64,000 nt of DNA. It comes from Actinomycetes bacterium (lineage in GTDB: Bacteria > Actinomycetota > Actinomycetes > Nanopelagicales > Nanopelagicaceae). Below are positions 1-9,678 of the stretch, one piece after another. Below the pieces are notes generated by a model. It saw only the letters and a program-made list of their open reading frames with translations, searched no databases and was not told the origin of the DNA. How positions within the stretch are numbered: position 1 is the first letter of the stretch; every line of letters starts with the position of its first letter. A program made the translations under genes and the position numbers. Where the stretch lies: assembly GCA_037622205.1 (NCBI GenBank), contig JASJJZ010000070.1, positions 119 through 64,118 of the forward strand. Direction: 5' to 3'.

Positions 1-49
1 CGGCCCGCTTCACCTGACTCAACTACTAAAGTCGAGACCGTTCACCCCC
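1..49 (-). ncRNA. ssrA: tmRNA (ssrA), 5' end only; gene runs off the left edge of the window
   Basis: Reverse complement of 1-49 reads GGGGGUGAACGGUCUCGACUUUAGUAGUUGAGUCAGGUGAAGCGGGCCG, the canonical tmRNA 5' acceptor arm (GGGG.UGA..GGU.UCGAC). It lies about 200 nt downstream of smpB on the same strand, the usual smpB-ssrA arrangement. Confidence 0.75.
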
Positions 50-256
50 ATGATGGTTGTAGAACATGAAGCTTTTACTTTTCTATATTTAGTTTTTTCC
101 GATCCTGATGATTATCTCTATTGAGAACACCATCGGAAGGATAATTGTAAGGCGTCGCTCTATTTAAAGATAATTGCCGCTTTAAGCATGGGTTAACCCA
201 GCAGACTAGCGCTCGAATTTTAGTTCACGTCGACAAGTTGCAAAGTAATTTTAGAA

Positions 257-739
257 TTAGCGCTCGGATTTACCCGAAGACCGCCTCGATAGCTCGCGAG
301 TAATTTCACGATTCGCTTGTTTCTCCATAAGTGTCGCCCGCTTGTCATGAGCCTTCTTTCCTTTAGCGAGGGCTAATTCTATCTTCGCTATTCCGTCTTT
401 GAAATAAATAGAAAGCGGCACCAGTGTTAGACCACCTTGTTTCGTATCGGCAGTCAATCTTTCGATCTCCTTCTTGTGAAGGAGTAATTTACGCTCGCGG
501 CGAGGCGTGTGGTTATTCCATGTTCCTTCGGTGTATTCCGGAATATGAACGCCACTTAACCAAAGTTCACCATTATTCACCATTGCAAAACCATCTACCA
601 GCGAGGCCCGACCAGCTCGAAGTGATTTAACTTCAGTTCCGCTCAGAACAATTCCACATTCAAAAACTTCCTCGATGAAGTAGTCATGGCGAGCACTTTT
701 ATTCTGTGCAATTAATTTTCTGCCCAGTTCTTTAACCAT
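257..739 (-). CDS. smpB: SsrA-binding protein SmpB
   Basis: [36 protein letters not shown] is the SmpB signature. ATG at 739 follows GAGGTGG with 5-nt spacing; the track start at 760 is TTG. Confidence 0.9.
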   Translation of the reverse strand: MVKELGRKLIAQNKSARHDYFIEEVFECGIVLSGTEVKSLRAGRASLVDGFAMVNNGELWLSGVHIPEYTEGTWNNHTPRRERKLLLHKKEIERLTADTKQGGLTLVPLSIYFKDGIAKIELALAKGKKAHDKRATLMEKQANREITRELSRRSSGKSER

Positions 740-893
740 ATCGACCACCTCACTTCCCAATTTCTACCGCTAATTGTTTTATCGTTTATTCGAAAAGGAC
801 ATAGAGAATGAAACGAATTACAGAACTAAGGATACGCAGGAAATGCACTTATCCGTAACTCGTGAGGGTGCGTTACTTCTTTTTTAGGGTGCG

Positions 894-2042
894 TTACTTG
901 TTGCCAATAGCGGATAAGCCGCTTAGAACAAGCAGGGCTTTAGCAATCTCTTCACCATCAGGAACAAGAAGATCAGGGGAAATACCAACTTGATCTATAA
1001 CACGTCCATTTGGCGTTCGATATTTTCCAATAGTAATTTCAAGTTTTGATCCATCCACTAAATCTATTATTTCCTGAACTGTGCCTTTCCCGTAACTCTC
1101 TTCACCAAGAATTACGGCGCGATTACGATCTTGAAGAGCCCCTGCAAGCACCTCTGCTGAACTCGCTGTTGCTCTATTTATCAAGACAGTCATTGGAGCA
1201 GATTCTGGATTCATTCCTTTTGATTCCAAAATTACTTCGGAATCATTTTTTCTGGAATAGGAAACTACTGTGCCCTCGGATAGAAATTGCGAGGCAACAT
1301 CTACAGCCACATTTAGTAACCCACCAGGGTTGTCACGCAAATCTAAAACTATGCCATTTGTATGAGAAAATTTGGCAAGTGCAATCGATACATCACTTGA
1401 GACTTGACTTGTAATTGCGGAGATCTGAATATAAACAACTTTCGGAGCTAATTGATAGGCGACAACATCACCACTCAAGAGAGATTCACGAGTAATTTCA
1501 AATCTAATCAAATCTTGATTGCGTTCTATCCCAAGTTTTAATTTTGTATTTGGGGATCCTCGAAGAGAAGCAATTACCGTTGCAATGGAAGTTCCTTCCA
1601 TACCAACACCATTAATATCGACGATTGCATCTAAAACTTTGACACCAGCTCTTGCCGCTGGTGAATTTACCTGCACGCTTGAAACTTCCAACACACCAGA
1701 TTTTTTCTTTCGCAGCCAGATACCGATTCCGCTGTAACGCCCATCAAGGGCTTGGGTCAAAATGGCAGCACTCTCTTGAGGAAAATAATTTGCCCATTGA
1801 TCACCAGATGCTTTCAGCGCAGCTTCAATCGCAGCTCTCTCTAACTTATTGCGCTTTAAAGGTGTCGGGCTCTTGTCTAAGATTTTTGAAATTGATTGTT
1901 CAACTGGTGATTGATTTCTAGATTGGCCAACATAGTCTCCGAGGGCGAAGGCTAAAATTATTGCTAATGATGCGATTGCAGCTGTTGTATTAAATCCAGC
2001 ACTTCGAATGCGAGAAATAATTGACTGCCATGGGGAGAGCAT
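894..2042 (-). CDS. S41 family carboxy-terminal processing peptidase (N-terminal TM anchor, PDZ, S41 catalytic domain)
   Basis: LDLRDNPGGLL, TASSAEVLAGALQD and YGKGTVQ motifs are typical of Ctp/Prc S41 peptidases. Confidence 0.85.
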   Translation of the reverse strand: MLSPWQSIISRIRSAGFNTTAAIASLAIILAFALGDYVGQSRNQSPVEQSISKILDKSPTPLKRNKLERAAIEAALKASGDQWANYFPQESAAILTQALDGRYSGIGIWLRKKKSGVLEVSSVQVNSPAARAGVKVLDAIVDINGVGMEGTSIATVIASLRGSPNTKLKLGIERNQDLIRFEITRESLLSGDVVAYQLAPKVVYIQISAITSQVSSDVSIALAKFSHTNGIVLDLRDNPGGLLNVAVDVASQFLSEGTVVSYSRKNDSEVILESKGMNPESAPMTVLINRATASSAEVLAGALQDRNRAVILGEESYGKGTVQEIIDLVDGSKLEITIGKYRTPNGRVIDQVGISPDLLVPDGEEIAKALLVLSGLSAIGNK

Positions 2043-2133
2043 CCGTGAATTCTGCTAGCAAAGTTCAGAATTGGCAAAGTTAGGCAGAGTTAAGCAGAGT
2101 CAAAGAGCGATATAGGTATTCGCTTAGATTTAT

Positions 2134-3036
2134 TTAAACCTTTAGGTATTTGCGTAAGGTCGCGATTGAGGCCACCGTAGAAACCACAAATCCTGTAAGT
2201 AAGAGTATTCCTGAAGCAACCCAAACGTCAGACCAGGTAAAGAATTTTGTGAAACTAAGCAGTGGCGCAATTCTTGAATCAACAAGTAATTTGAAACCTG
2301 CCAGTAGACCGGTTGAAAATACCCAGCCAACTATTGCAGAAATTATTCCTTCTAGTAAAAATGGTAATTGTATTGAGAAGGATGAAGCTCCAACTAATTT
2401 CATGACACCTGTTTCGCGGCGGCGATTAAAGGCAGCAATTCGAAGAGTATTACTGATCAACAATGCGGCGGTGAGAACACTCGCAAGGCCAATTGCCAAG
2501 GCACCATCACGCAGAACAGATAATAACTTAAAGAATTTTTCTAATATGCTCCGTTGGTCTTGAACCGAATCAACGCCGGGTCTTCCAGCAAATGCACTTT
2601 GCATTACAGCAAACTGAGTTGGATCCTTCAACTTAACGCGATATGACTCTGGGAGTTGATCCTGAGTTACATTCTGCGCAATTGCAGATCCCTTAAATCT
2701 CTCCTGGAAATGCGTGTAAGCCTCAGATTGTGATTCGTAATAAACAATATCCACTACCGGAAGTGCTTCAATATCTATTTTGATTTGGTCTCGTTGTTCT
2801 TGCGAAACTGGTCCGCTTGCGCAAGATGGCGATTCAGAAAGTGATCCACAAAGAAAGACTGATACTTCAATTTTGTCGTACCAATAATCCTTCATTACAC
2901 GGACCTGTGAATTAGCGAGAAGTCCGATGCCTAGAAGCGTGAGTGAAATAGCAACAGTAATCACTACTGCGAATGTCATAGTTAAGTTACGACGCAGACC
3001 AATTCTTACTTCACTAAATAGAAATCCTGCTCTCAC
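2134..3036 (-). CDS. ftsX: Cell division ABC transporter permease FtsX
   Basis: FSEVRIGLRRN N-terminus, periplasmic loop and C-terminal 3-TM FtsX domain; directly downstream of ftsE. GTG start. Confidence 0.9.
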   Translation of the reverse strand: MRAGFLFSEVRIGLRRNLTMTFAVVITVAISLTLLGIGLLANSQVRVMKDYWYDKIEVSVFLCGSLSESPSCASGPVSQEQRDQIKIDIEALPVVDIVYYESQSEAYTHFQERFKGSAIAQNVTQDQLPESYRVKLKDPTQFAVMQSAFAGRPGVDSVQDQRSILEKFFKLLSVLRDGALAIGLASVLTAALLISNTLRIAAFNRRRETGVMKLVGASSFSIQLPFLLEGIISAIVGWVFSTGLLAGFKLLVDSRIAPLLSFTKFFTWSDVWVASGILLLTGFVVSTVASIATLRKYLKV

Positions 3037-3045
3037 TTTTCGCCC

Positions 3046-3735
3046 CTATCCGGCATATCCATAAACGCCACGAACTTGATCACGAATAACTTGACCACTT
3101 TCGAGCTCAATTACGCGTTTGCGCATTGAATCTACAATCTTCGAATCATGCGTAGCCATTACGACAGTAGTGCCTTCGCGGTTAATCCGATCGAGTAATT
3201 TCATAATTCCAACACTAGTTGCTGGATCCAAGTTTCCTGTTGGTTCATCAGCAATTAAAATTGCTGGTTGGCTAACATAGGCTCTAGCGATTGCTACCCG
3301 CTGTTGCTCGCCACCTGAAAGTTCGGAAGGTTTACGATCAGCTTTTTCTTCTAAGCCAACTAGTTCGAGAACCTCAGGAACTTCGCGATTGATCTCTTTC
3401 TGCGAATACCCAAGGACGTGCAGTGTGAAGGCAACATTTTCAGAGACTGTTTTGTTGGGAAGCAACCTGAAATCTTGAAATACGGTTCCGACTTGTCTGC
3501 GAAGTTCTGGAATTTTGTGAGCCGACAAAGTATTTAAATCTTTTCCAGCAACGATAATTTGACCAGATGTTGGTCGCTCTTCCCTAAGGACCAAACGAAG
3601 AAATGTAGATTTTCCAGAACCGGAAAGTCCCACTAGGAATACAAATTCGCCTTTTTGGATATCAATATTCACTGAATCCAGCGCAGCATGATCTTGCTTT
3701 GGATAAACCTTAGAAACATTTTCAAAACGAATCAT
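3046..3735 (-). CDS. ftsE: Cell division ATP-binding protein FtsE
   Basis: [11 protein letters not shown] start, Walker [24 protein letters not shown] signature and Walker B ILIADEP. Confidence 0.92.
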   Translation of the reverse strand: MIRFENVSKVYPKQDHAALDSVNIDIQKGEFVFLVGLSGSGKSTFLRLVLREERPTSGQIIVAGKDLNTLSAHKIPELRRQVGTVFQDFRLLPNKTVSENVAFTLHVLGYSQKEINREVPEVLELVGLEEKADRKPSELSGGEQQRVAIARAYVSQPAILIADEPTGNLDPATSVGIMKLLDRINREGTTVVMATHDSKIVDSMRKRVIELESGQVIRDQVRGVYGYAG

Positions 3736-3856
3736 CAACGCCTCCTTATTATTTCTCACTTAGAGCTGCCAAATAGATTCTTCAGGTTGGCGGGCGGTAA
3801 AATTTAGAGCAACCAGGACGAGTTCCCGATTCTTCTCTAAATTTGCCCGCAAGCGC

Positions 3857-3883
3857 CCTGCCTACATCCGAAGTGTAGGCAGG
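3857..3883 (-). terminator. 10-bp perfect hairpin (CCTGCCTACA / TGTAGGCAGG, 7-nt loop) in the prfB-ftsE spacer; possible U-tract-less terminator or RNA element
   Basis: Inverted repeat read directly from the sequence. No T-run follows on either strand. Confidence 0.3.
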
Positions 3884-3967
3884 AGTCACCGCTCCATCTC
3901 GGAAATACGCGCGTAAAAGGCTGAGAGATTTCACCCAGTTACACGTAATCCCGAAGCTAAATCACTT

Positions 3968-3994
3968 GGGTTTATTGGGTTTATTGGGTTTATC
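3968..3994. repeat. 9-bp tandem repeat GGGTTTATT x3 (third copy GGGTTTATC)
   Basis: Read directly; lies 23 nt downstream of the prfB stop codon. Confidence 0.9.
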
Positions 3995-4016
3995 TGGTGG
4001 CTGATGATTTAACGAA

Positions 4017-5120
4017 TTAATCGGTGCTTTTGCGCCACTTGATTCCAGCTTCAATAAAGCCATCAATCTCGCCATCTAAGACGGCTGATGGATTTCCAAC
4101 TTCGAAATCAGTTCGCAAGTCTTTAACCATTTGGTAGGGAGCTAAAACATAAGATCGCATTTGATTGCCCCAAGACCCAGAGTTATCGCCCTTAAGTGCA
4201 TCTAATCTTGCCCGTTCTTCTTGGCGGCGACGTTCTAGTAATTTTGATTGCAGAACAGCCATTGCGGTTGCCTTATTTTGAATTTGGGATCTTTCATTCT
4301 GGCAAGACACAACAATTCCAGTAGGCAGGTGGGTTATTCGAACTGCTGAGTCCGTTGTGTTAACGCCTTGACCGCCAGGCCCAGATGATCGATAAACATC
4401 AACGCGAAGTTCCTTCTCATCAATAATAATGTGATCGCTCTGTTCAACTACAGGAACAACTTCTACTCCAGCAAATGATGTGTGGCGACGAGATTGCGAA
4501 TCAAAGGGCGAGATTCGAACTAATCGATGCGTCCCTTGTTCAACCGAGAGCGTGCCATATGCATATGGTGCATAAACTCTAAAGGTTGTTGACTTTATCC
4601 CCGCTTCTTCGGCGTAAGAAGTTTCTAAAACATCGACCTTAAAGTTATGGCGCTCGCAATACCTTAAATACATGCGCATTAACATTTGCGCCCAGTCTGC
4701 AGCTTCAACTCCACCGGCTTCAGAACGAATTGTTATTAGACAATCTCGATCATCGTATTCACCACTTAAGAGAGTTTGAACTTCTAATTCGCGTATTGCA
4801 CGCGTGACATCATCTAGTTCATTCCCAGCTTCAGCAACTGCGCTTACATCTTTTTCGCCTTGAGCTAATTCTAAAAGTAAAGGGACATCTTCAAGTCTGC
4901 GGCGAATTGTGTTTGATTTATTTAAAGTTGCCTGCACTCTAGAGAGTTTGCTAGTTACAATTTGGGCTTTCTCTGGGTCATCCCAAAGATTTGGTTCGCT
5001 AGCTTCTGCTTCCAAAGTCTTAAAATCAGCTTCTAATTTCGGTAGATTCAAAACCTGCTCGATGGCCGAAAGAGTGACCCGCAAAGCGCTAACCTCTTCC
5101 AAATATTCCCGGGCTGCCAT
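4017..5120 (-). CDS. prfB: Peptide chain release factor 2 (single uninterrupted ORF, no programmed frameshift)
   Basis: SPF motif ([16 protein letters not shown]) and GGQ motif ([16 protein letters not shown]). Confidence 0.95.
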   Translation of the reverse strand: MAAREYLEEVSALRVTLSAIEQVLNLPKLEADFKTLEAEASEPNLWDDPEKAQIVTSKLSRVQATLNKSNTIRRRLEDVPLLLELAQGEKDVSAVAEAGNELDDVTRAIRELEVQTLLSGEYDDRDCLITIRSEAGGVEAADWAQMLMRMYLRYCERHNFKVDVLETSYAEEAGIKSTTFRVYAPYAYGTLSVEQGTHRLVRISPFDSQSRRHTSFAGVEVVPVVEQSDHIIIDEKELRVDVYRSSGPGGQGVNTTDSAVRITHLPTGIVVSCQNERSQIQNKATAMAVLQSKLLERRRQEERARLDALKGDNSGSWGNQMRSYVLAPYQMVKDLRTDFEVGNPSAVLDGEIDGFIEAGIKWRKSTD

Positions 5121-5158
5121 GGCTTAATCGTAATGGCAACTTTGTCTGACTCAGGATG

Positions 5159-5641
5159 TCAGGGGTTGTTAGAGAGCTCTGAAGCAGCACCAATTATTGC
5201 GTTGATGCCAATATAGCCATTATTTAAGTTAGAAAGAATTGGAAAATTGACGATTGCTTGAATTTTCGAACTTATGCTCGCGGTTATCTGGTCGCCAGAA
5301 CAGCTCCATCCAGAAACTACTATCCCGTTATTTCGTAGGCCTCTTGAGGTTATTTCTGCACGAAATCTATTTTGGGCGAGAGCACAATCAATCGGAACTC
5401 TGCCACTTGTTGCTGCCAAACTTGAAAAATCAGAGTAATAAAGATTTTCGTCTAAGGAGTGTGAGGCAACGAGAATTGCATCTTCTCCGATTTGAATCAG
5501 CTCACGTTTTGCAAGATAGGAATCTGAAATATCAAGTATTCCGACTGAAAGTATGAATACTAGAAGAAATAGACTCGTAATTAAAACTGTGATGGAACCT
5601 GCCTCGCTTTGAACGAAAAGGTTTGAAGGTTTATGCCACAT
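5159..5641 (-). CDS. TadG/TadE-like pseudopilin (Flp pilus assembly protein)
   Basis: N-terminal SEAGSITVLITSLFLLVFILSVGILDIS.. followed by ..IGEDAILVAS, typical of the TadG-related N-terminal domain. ATG at 5641 shares one base with the upstream stop (TAATG). Confidence 0.6.
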   Translation of the reverse strand: MWHKPSNLFVQSEAGSITVLITSLFLLVFILSVGILDISDSYLAKRELIQIGEDAILVASHSLDENLYYSDFSSLAATSGRVPIDCALAQNRFRAEITSRGLRNNGIVVSGWSCSGDQITASISSKIQAIVNFPILSNLNNGYIGINAIIGAASELSNNP

Positions 5642-6066
5642 TAGCTGCTTCGCCAAGCGTCAACGGTTTGTACTGCTGTTGCACTTGCCGATGTGCCGGA
5701 AAAACTCGAGGTAAGTCTCACCTTTATCTTAACTTTCCCATTTGGCGTAAGGCAGGGGGTTAGTGAGCAAATAATTTCAATCTGCGGATCTAAATCAATT
5801 CTATTTGTAGCAAATGTAGTAGTTGTGAAAATCTCCTTTACGGCCGCAATCCTGGCTCCAGTCAATTCCTGATTTGAACTAGTTACATAGGCTCGTGCCA
5901 ACTGCCGAGCAAAATTGCGTGCTTCATATTGAATTTGGGCTACTTGATTTATCGAAGTTAAATAGATTATTAACGGCACGAATAGCGGGAGCGCATAAAT
6001 AACAAACTCAATTATCGCGCTTCCCTCTTCACTTCTAATTGGGCCACGGAAATAATTAGTTCTCAT
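5641..6066 (-). CDS. TadE-like pseudopilin
   Basis: EEGSAIIEFVIYALPLFVPLI resembles the TadE N-terminal motif (ERGsa.vEF.l..P). Lies in the tad operon. Confidence 0.7.
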   Translation of the reverse strand: MRTNYFRGPIRSEEGSAIIEFVIYALPLFVPLIIYLTSINQVAQIQYEARNFARQLARAYVTSSNQELTGARIAAVKEIFTTTTFATNRIDLDPQIEIICSLTPCLTPNGKVKIKVRLTSSFSGTSASATAVQTVDAWRSS

Positions 6067-6418
6067 CTATCGCAATTCCTCTTACTAAAAATTGATCCTG
6101 TAAAATAAGTAATGGAGTTAATTTTGTTAATGAGACTTTCTTGCTTCCCACAATAATTGCACCACCACCAGGTAAGAGAAATCTGGTTATTTCTACTCCT
6201 GGGCGTTGATTTGTTGAGATTAATGCGCTGGCTCCGAGCAAGGCCTCCCGGCTCACCTCTCCCTGTATCTCATTAACTTCAATCCCTCGACTGAGAACAG
6301 AGGCTGCAATTTGAAGAACGCTCAAAAAAAGAAGGATCGTGGGTATCAGAACTAACGCACTTTCAACAGTCCCTACTTGCGAATTCAAGAACTTGAAAAT
6401 CGGTTTATGGTGCGGCAC
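6056..6418 (-). CDS. TadE-like pseudopilin
   Basis: QVGTVESALVLIPTILLFLSVLQIA is a TadE-like hydrophobic N-terminus. Operon position; GTG start. Confidence 0.6.
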   Translation of the reverse strand: MPHHKPIFKFLNSQVGTVESALVLIPTILLFLSVLQIAASVLSRGIEVNEIQGEVSREALLGASALISTNQRPGVEITRFLLPGGGAIIVGSKKVSLTKLTPLLILQDQFLVRGIAIDEN

Positions 6419-6423
6419 CGTAA

Positions 6424-6573
6424 TTAACGAATGCTATTCATATTATCAAGCGAGTTTTTAAGAATGCTCGAGAGCCGAGGTTGCGCAACGGTCCAAATTC
6501 CAGTTACTAATCCGGTTGTCATTAGAACTACTAAAACCCAGCCCGGAACATCTCCGCGCTCGGACTTTAACAT
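6424..6573 (-). CDS. flp: Flp-type pilin candidate (49 aa from ATG 6573; the maximal ORF extends to 6804)
   Basis: MLKSERG/DVPGWVLVVLMTTGLVTGIWTV: short polar leader, Gly, then a hydrophobic helix. Sits between tadC and the TadE-like genes, as in actinobacterial tad loci. Start codon uncertain. Confidence 0.55.
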   Translation of the reverse strand: MLKSERGDVPGWVLVVLMTTGLVTGIWTVAQPRLSSILKNSLDNMNSIR

Positions 6574-6840
6574 AGGGGCTAAATTATTATGTAATTTTTT
6601 AAGTGGAATGATCCTATTTAACCTTGGATTAAAGGCAATTTTTTTCAAGTATTTTATTAATTGCTGGGACACATTCCTTGAACTAAATATAAGTTTTACG
6701 GATATTAAATTTAGATGAGACTTAAAATCTAGATATTGCAAAGAGGATTTAGTCGACGCTATTTTTTTGAGGCTATCGGTAATTAACTGATTTTCTTTTT
6801 TCATTTTGCTCCATCCGATTTGTATGATTCTTTTGGAATC

Positions 6841-6876
6841 CTGGTTTATTGAGTTGAACTGGTTTATTGAGTTGGA
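6841..6876. repeat. 18-bp direct repeat CTGGTTTATTGAGTTGAA / CTGGTTTATTGAGTTGGA, in tandem
   Basis: Read directly; lies between the tadC stop and the pilin ORF. Confidence 0.9.
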
Positions 6877-6965
6877 CTAGTTTTCATTGCCCACCGGGGG
6901 TTTCTTTAACTCGAGCGGGGCAATGTGAATGGATTCGAGCCTGTTGATAACGAAGATTTATACCG

Positions 6966-7763
6966 CTACAGCGCGTTCTGTCCAAGAGAGAGATATGAAG
7001 GCCAAAGAGCAAATAGCACTGAAATGGGAAGAATCAGAAAAATTACTGGAATCATCAGAGTTATTTCAGCCTTACCTGCGGCAGTTAATAACGAGGCATG
7101 TTGTCCGGCTCTCACTTCCTCAACTTGTCTATTGAGAACTTCAGATAGAGAGGTGCCGCGTTCTATTGCCAAAATTAACGTGTCGCAGAATCTTCGAACC
7201 GTGGGCAGATTAACCTGCGCGCCCAAGAGTTCTAACGATTGCGTAAGACTTTTCCCATTTCTTAGCTCGACCAATGCGCCAGCAAAATTTCTTGCCATCT
7301 CACCGCTTGCACGTTCCGAAACTCGCAACATTGCAGTTGATGGACTCTCCCCTGCCGAAACTAAGACTGCAAATAATTCAACAATTGAGGGAAATTCCGC
7401 TTCCGCTTCAGCCGATCGTTTTTTTTCAAATCTAGATTCTAAACCTCTCTCCCAATATCGAAAAATAGCTAGAGAGGTGATTAGTAGAAGAATTGTTAGA
7501 TATGAGGCGCCTGCAATGAATAGAATTCCTATTGCTAAACCAAAAGAGATAAATACTGCCCGATTACGTAAATTGGCTTTACTTATCTTGTAATGATCGT
7601 GATCATTACCTAGTTCAATCAGCTCTTGTTGTTGAAATCGAAAATTTTTTAAGAAATCATCATGAAAACCCTTCAACGGATCACGATTCTCGTTAAGAAG
7701 AATATATGTCGCGACGCCGATAATTGGTGATAGAAATAAGAGGGACAGTGAAAAAATACTCAT
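6966..7763 (-). CDS. tadC: Type II secretion system F family protein, TadC-like
   Basis: T2SSF-type domain (FPSIVELFAVLVSAGESP..LSEVL) with flanking TM segments. ATG at 7763 overlaps the tadB stop (ATGA). The track start at 7964 would overlap tadB by 200 nt. Confidence 0.8.
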   Translation of the reverse strand: MSIFSLSLLFLSPIIGVATYILLNENRDPLKGFHDDFLKNFRFQQQELIELGNDHDHYKISKANLRNRAVFISFGLAIGILFIAGASYLTILLLITSLAIFRYWERGLESRFEKKRSAEAEAEFPSIVELFAVLVSAGESPSTAMLRVSERASGEMARNFAGALVELRNGKSLTQSLELLGAQVNLPTVRRFCDTLILAIERGTSLSEVLNRQVEEVRAGQHASLLTAAGKAEITLMIPVIFLILPISVLFALWPSYLSLGQNAL

Positions 7764-8497
7764 GCAAAGATCCGGGGAGTTTCGCGTAGTTTTCCCACTT
7801 TTTCCATCCAAAAGTATGCAATGACGGTTAAGACTGCCCCAGCAATTAAAATTGCAAATCCAGCGCCGCTTGTGTAGGCCGTTAAAGTATTTGGTTGGGT
7901 CGCAAGCAGGAGCAATAAAAGCCACGGTGCGATAGCTGCAAGCGCTGCAGAATTCTTGACCCAACTATGTTTTGCTTGGATTTCTGATCGCAGCGCTAAA
8001 TCTCTGCGAATAAAATTGGAGAGAGTTCTAAGTGTTAGCGAAGTGTCACTACTTCCAGCAACACGCGCAAAGTCCAATACCTCGCATACTTGATCGGCGG
8101 TGCCATTATTGAAAGTCCTCTTAAGTTCTTTAAGCGCTAGGCCAAAATCAACACCGCTACGTAAATTATCCGAAAAAATAAGGAAAATTGAGCGAGTTCT
8201 GATTGGGCCTCGAATTCCTAATGCAACTAGAGTTTCCGCTAAAGATAACCCCGACTGTAATCCAGAAATAATATGATCTAATATTTCAGGCCACAGACTT
8301 TGCAATATTTCCCTATTAATTACCTCTTTTCTCCTAATAATCACGATTGGAATAGTTGTAGTGATGAGCCCAAATGGAATTCCGATTATTGGTGAAGTTG
8401 TAATTAGAGTTGCAATAAAGAAGCCTGAAAATGAACTCACCATATAAATAAGAATATTTTTTGATTTTACTGTACGCACTCCATCCTTATTCATCAT
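7760..8497 (-). CDS. tadB: Type II secretion system F family protein, TadB-like
   Basis: TM - T2SSF domain (LWPEILDHIISGLQSGLSLAETL) - TM architecture. ATGA overlap with tadA. Confidence 0.8.
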   Translation of the reverse strand: MMNKDGVRTVKSKNILIYMVSSFSGFFIATLITTSPIIGIPFGLITTTIPIVIIRRKEVINREILQSLWPEILDHIISGLQSGLSLAETLVALGIRGPIRTRSIFLIFSDNLRSGVDFGLALKELKRTFNNGTADQVCEVLDFARVAGSSDTSLTLRTLSNFIRRDLALRSEIQAKHSWVKNSAALAAIAPWLLLLLLATQPNTLTAYTSGAGFAILIAGAVLTVIAYFWMEKVGKLRETPRIFA

Positions 8498-9546
8498 TTT
8501 CGAGCTCCGAAAATATTATTTGGATCAATTAGGCCTTTTTCATAAGTTGGATTTCCCATTCCGGAATATCTATAAAGCATCTCCGTTTCTACCCGATCTA
8601 ATTCAATTCTTCCTGTTACATGTGCGACTTCCATAATTCGACGTACGCCGTCTGGAGCAATTGAAAGGTGTACTACCAAGTCAATCGCTGCTGCCACAAT
8701 GGGTGCAATGAATTTATGTGAAATGTTTTCACCGGCAAGCAAGGGGAGAGTTTGAAGTTTACCGATTGCATCTTTTGCAGAGTTAGCATGAATTGTCGCC
8801 ATACCTGGCAGACCAGAATTTAATGCGATCAGTAAATCTAGTGATTCTGCCTCGCGGATTTCACCCACCACGATTTGAGATGGCCGCATTCTTAACGCTT
8901 CTTTTATCAATCTGCGGAGCGGCACTTCACCTTCGCCCTGTAAATTTGCCGCCTTTGTTTGTAGAGCTACACAATCTGGAAGTCTTGGCCTTAATTCAAA
9001 GACCTCTTCAATCGTTATAACTCTGCTTTTAAGTGGAACTGCGCTAACTAAGGCATTTAGTAAAGTTGTCTTTCCGGCCTGTGTCGATCCACTTACTAAA
9101 ATATTTAACCCAGCTTCAACGCAGGTGACCAAGAATTTGCAAACTTCTTCCGACATAACATCTAGTTTTGATAACTCTTCCAAAGATTTTCCACGGATTA
9201 AATGTTTACGGATATTTACTGCCCAATATTGCGCAGTAATTTCAGGAATTGCCACATGCAATCTACTTCCATCAGGAAGCCTGGCGTCCACAAATGGATG
9301 AGATAGATCTAGCCGGCGCCCGCCCCACATCAATAGCCTCTCAACCAGATTCCTTACCTCTTCAAACGTCAGAGTTAAATTAGTTAACTCACTGATGCCA
9401 CGCCTAGCAACAAATATTCGATTTGGAGAATTAATCCATACCTCCTCTATCTCTGGATCTTCCATCAATTTTTGCAATGGGCCAAAGGTGTCGAAGGAGT
9501 CCAGGGATTTAAAAGGTTTTGAATTCACTAGGTCATCAAATTCCAT
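8494..9546 (-). CDS. tadA: Tad/CpaF-type secretion ATPase
   Basis: Walker A GSTQAGKTTLLNAL, VVGEIREAES (Walker B/Asp box) and His box ATIHANSA. ATG at 9546 preferred over TTG at 9576. Confidence 0.9.
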   Translation of the reverse strand: MEFDDLVNSKPFKSLDSFDTFGPLQKLMEDPEIEEVWINSPNRIFVARRGISELTNLTLTFEEVRNLVERLLMWGGRRLDLSHPFVDARLPDGSRLHVAIPEITAQYWAVNIRKHLIRGKSLEELSKLDVMSEEVCKFLVTCVEAGLNILVSGSTQAGKTTLLNALVSAVPLKSRVITIEEVFELRPRLPDCVALQTKAANLQGEGEVPLRRLIKEALRMRPSQIVVGEIREAESLDLLIALNSGLPGMATIHANSAKDAIGKLQTLPLLAGENISHKFIAPIVAAAIDLVVHLSIAPDGVRRIMEVAHVTGRIELDRVETEMLYRYSGMGNPTYEKGLIDPNNIFGARK

Positions 9547-9678
9547 GAAGAAAACTTGTTTTTTTCTTATTAACAAATATCGGATAATTCTTTAGAACCT
9601 AAGCAAAGTGTCTACTTCTGGTTACTTTCCGCTACCCCGCAAATTTTTGAAGCATTTCTCAAGCCTTGGAATGAGTTG

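Noticed and set aside
4017-5120. Programmed +1 frameshift in prfB
   Set aside because: The RF2 reading frame is continuous from MAAREYLEE.. through the SPF and GGQ motifs, with no early in-frame UGA or split ORF. There is no frameshift site, which is common in actinobacteria.
6574-6804. 77-codon N-terminal extension of the pilin ORF as real coding sequence
   Set aside because: The extension is Lys/Asn/Ile/Ser-rich and low-complexity, typical of translated AT-rich spacer. Pilin similarity starts only at MLKSERG. It is kept as an open question in the findings because of the GGAG before ATG 6804.
6925-7593. 222-aa plus-strand ORF
   Set aside because: It is fully antisense to the well-supported tadC gene and has no recognisable motifs.
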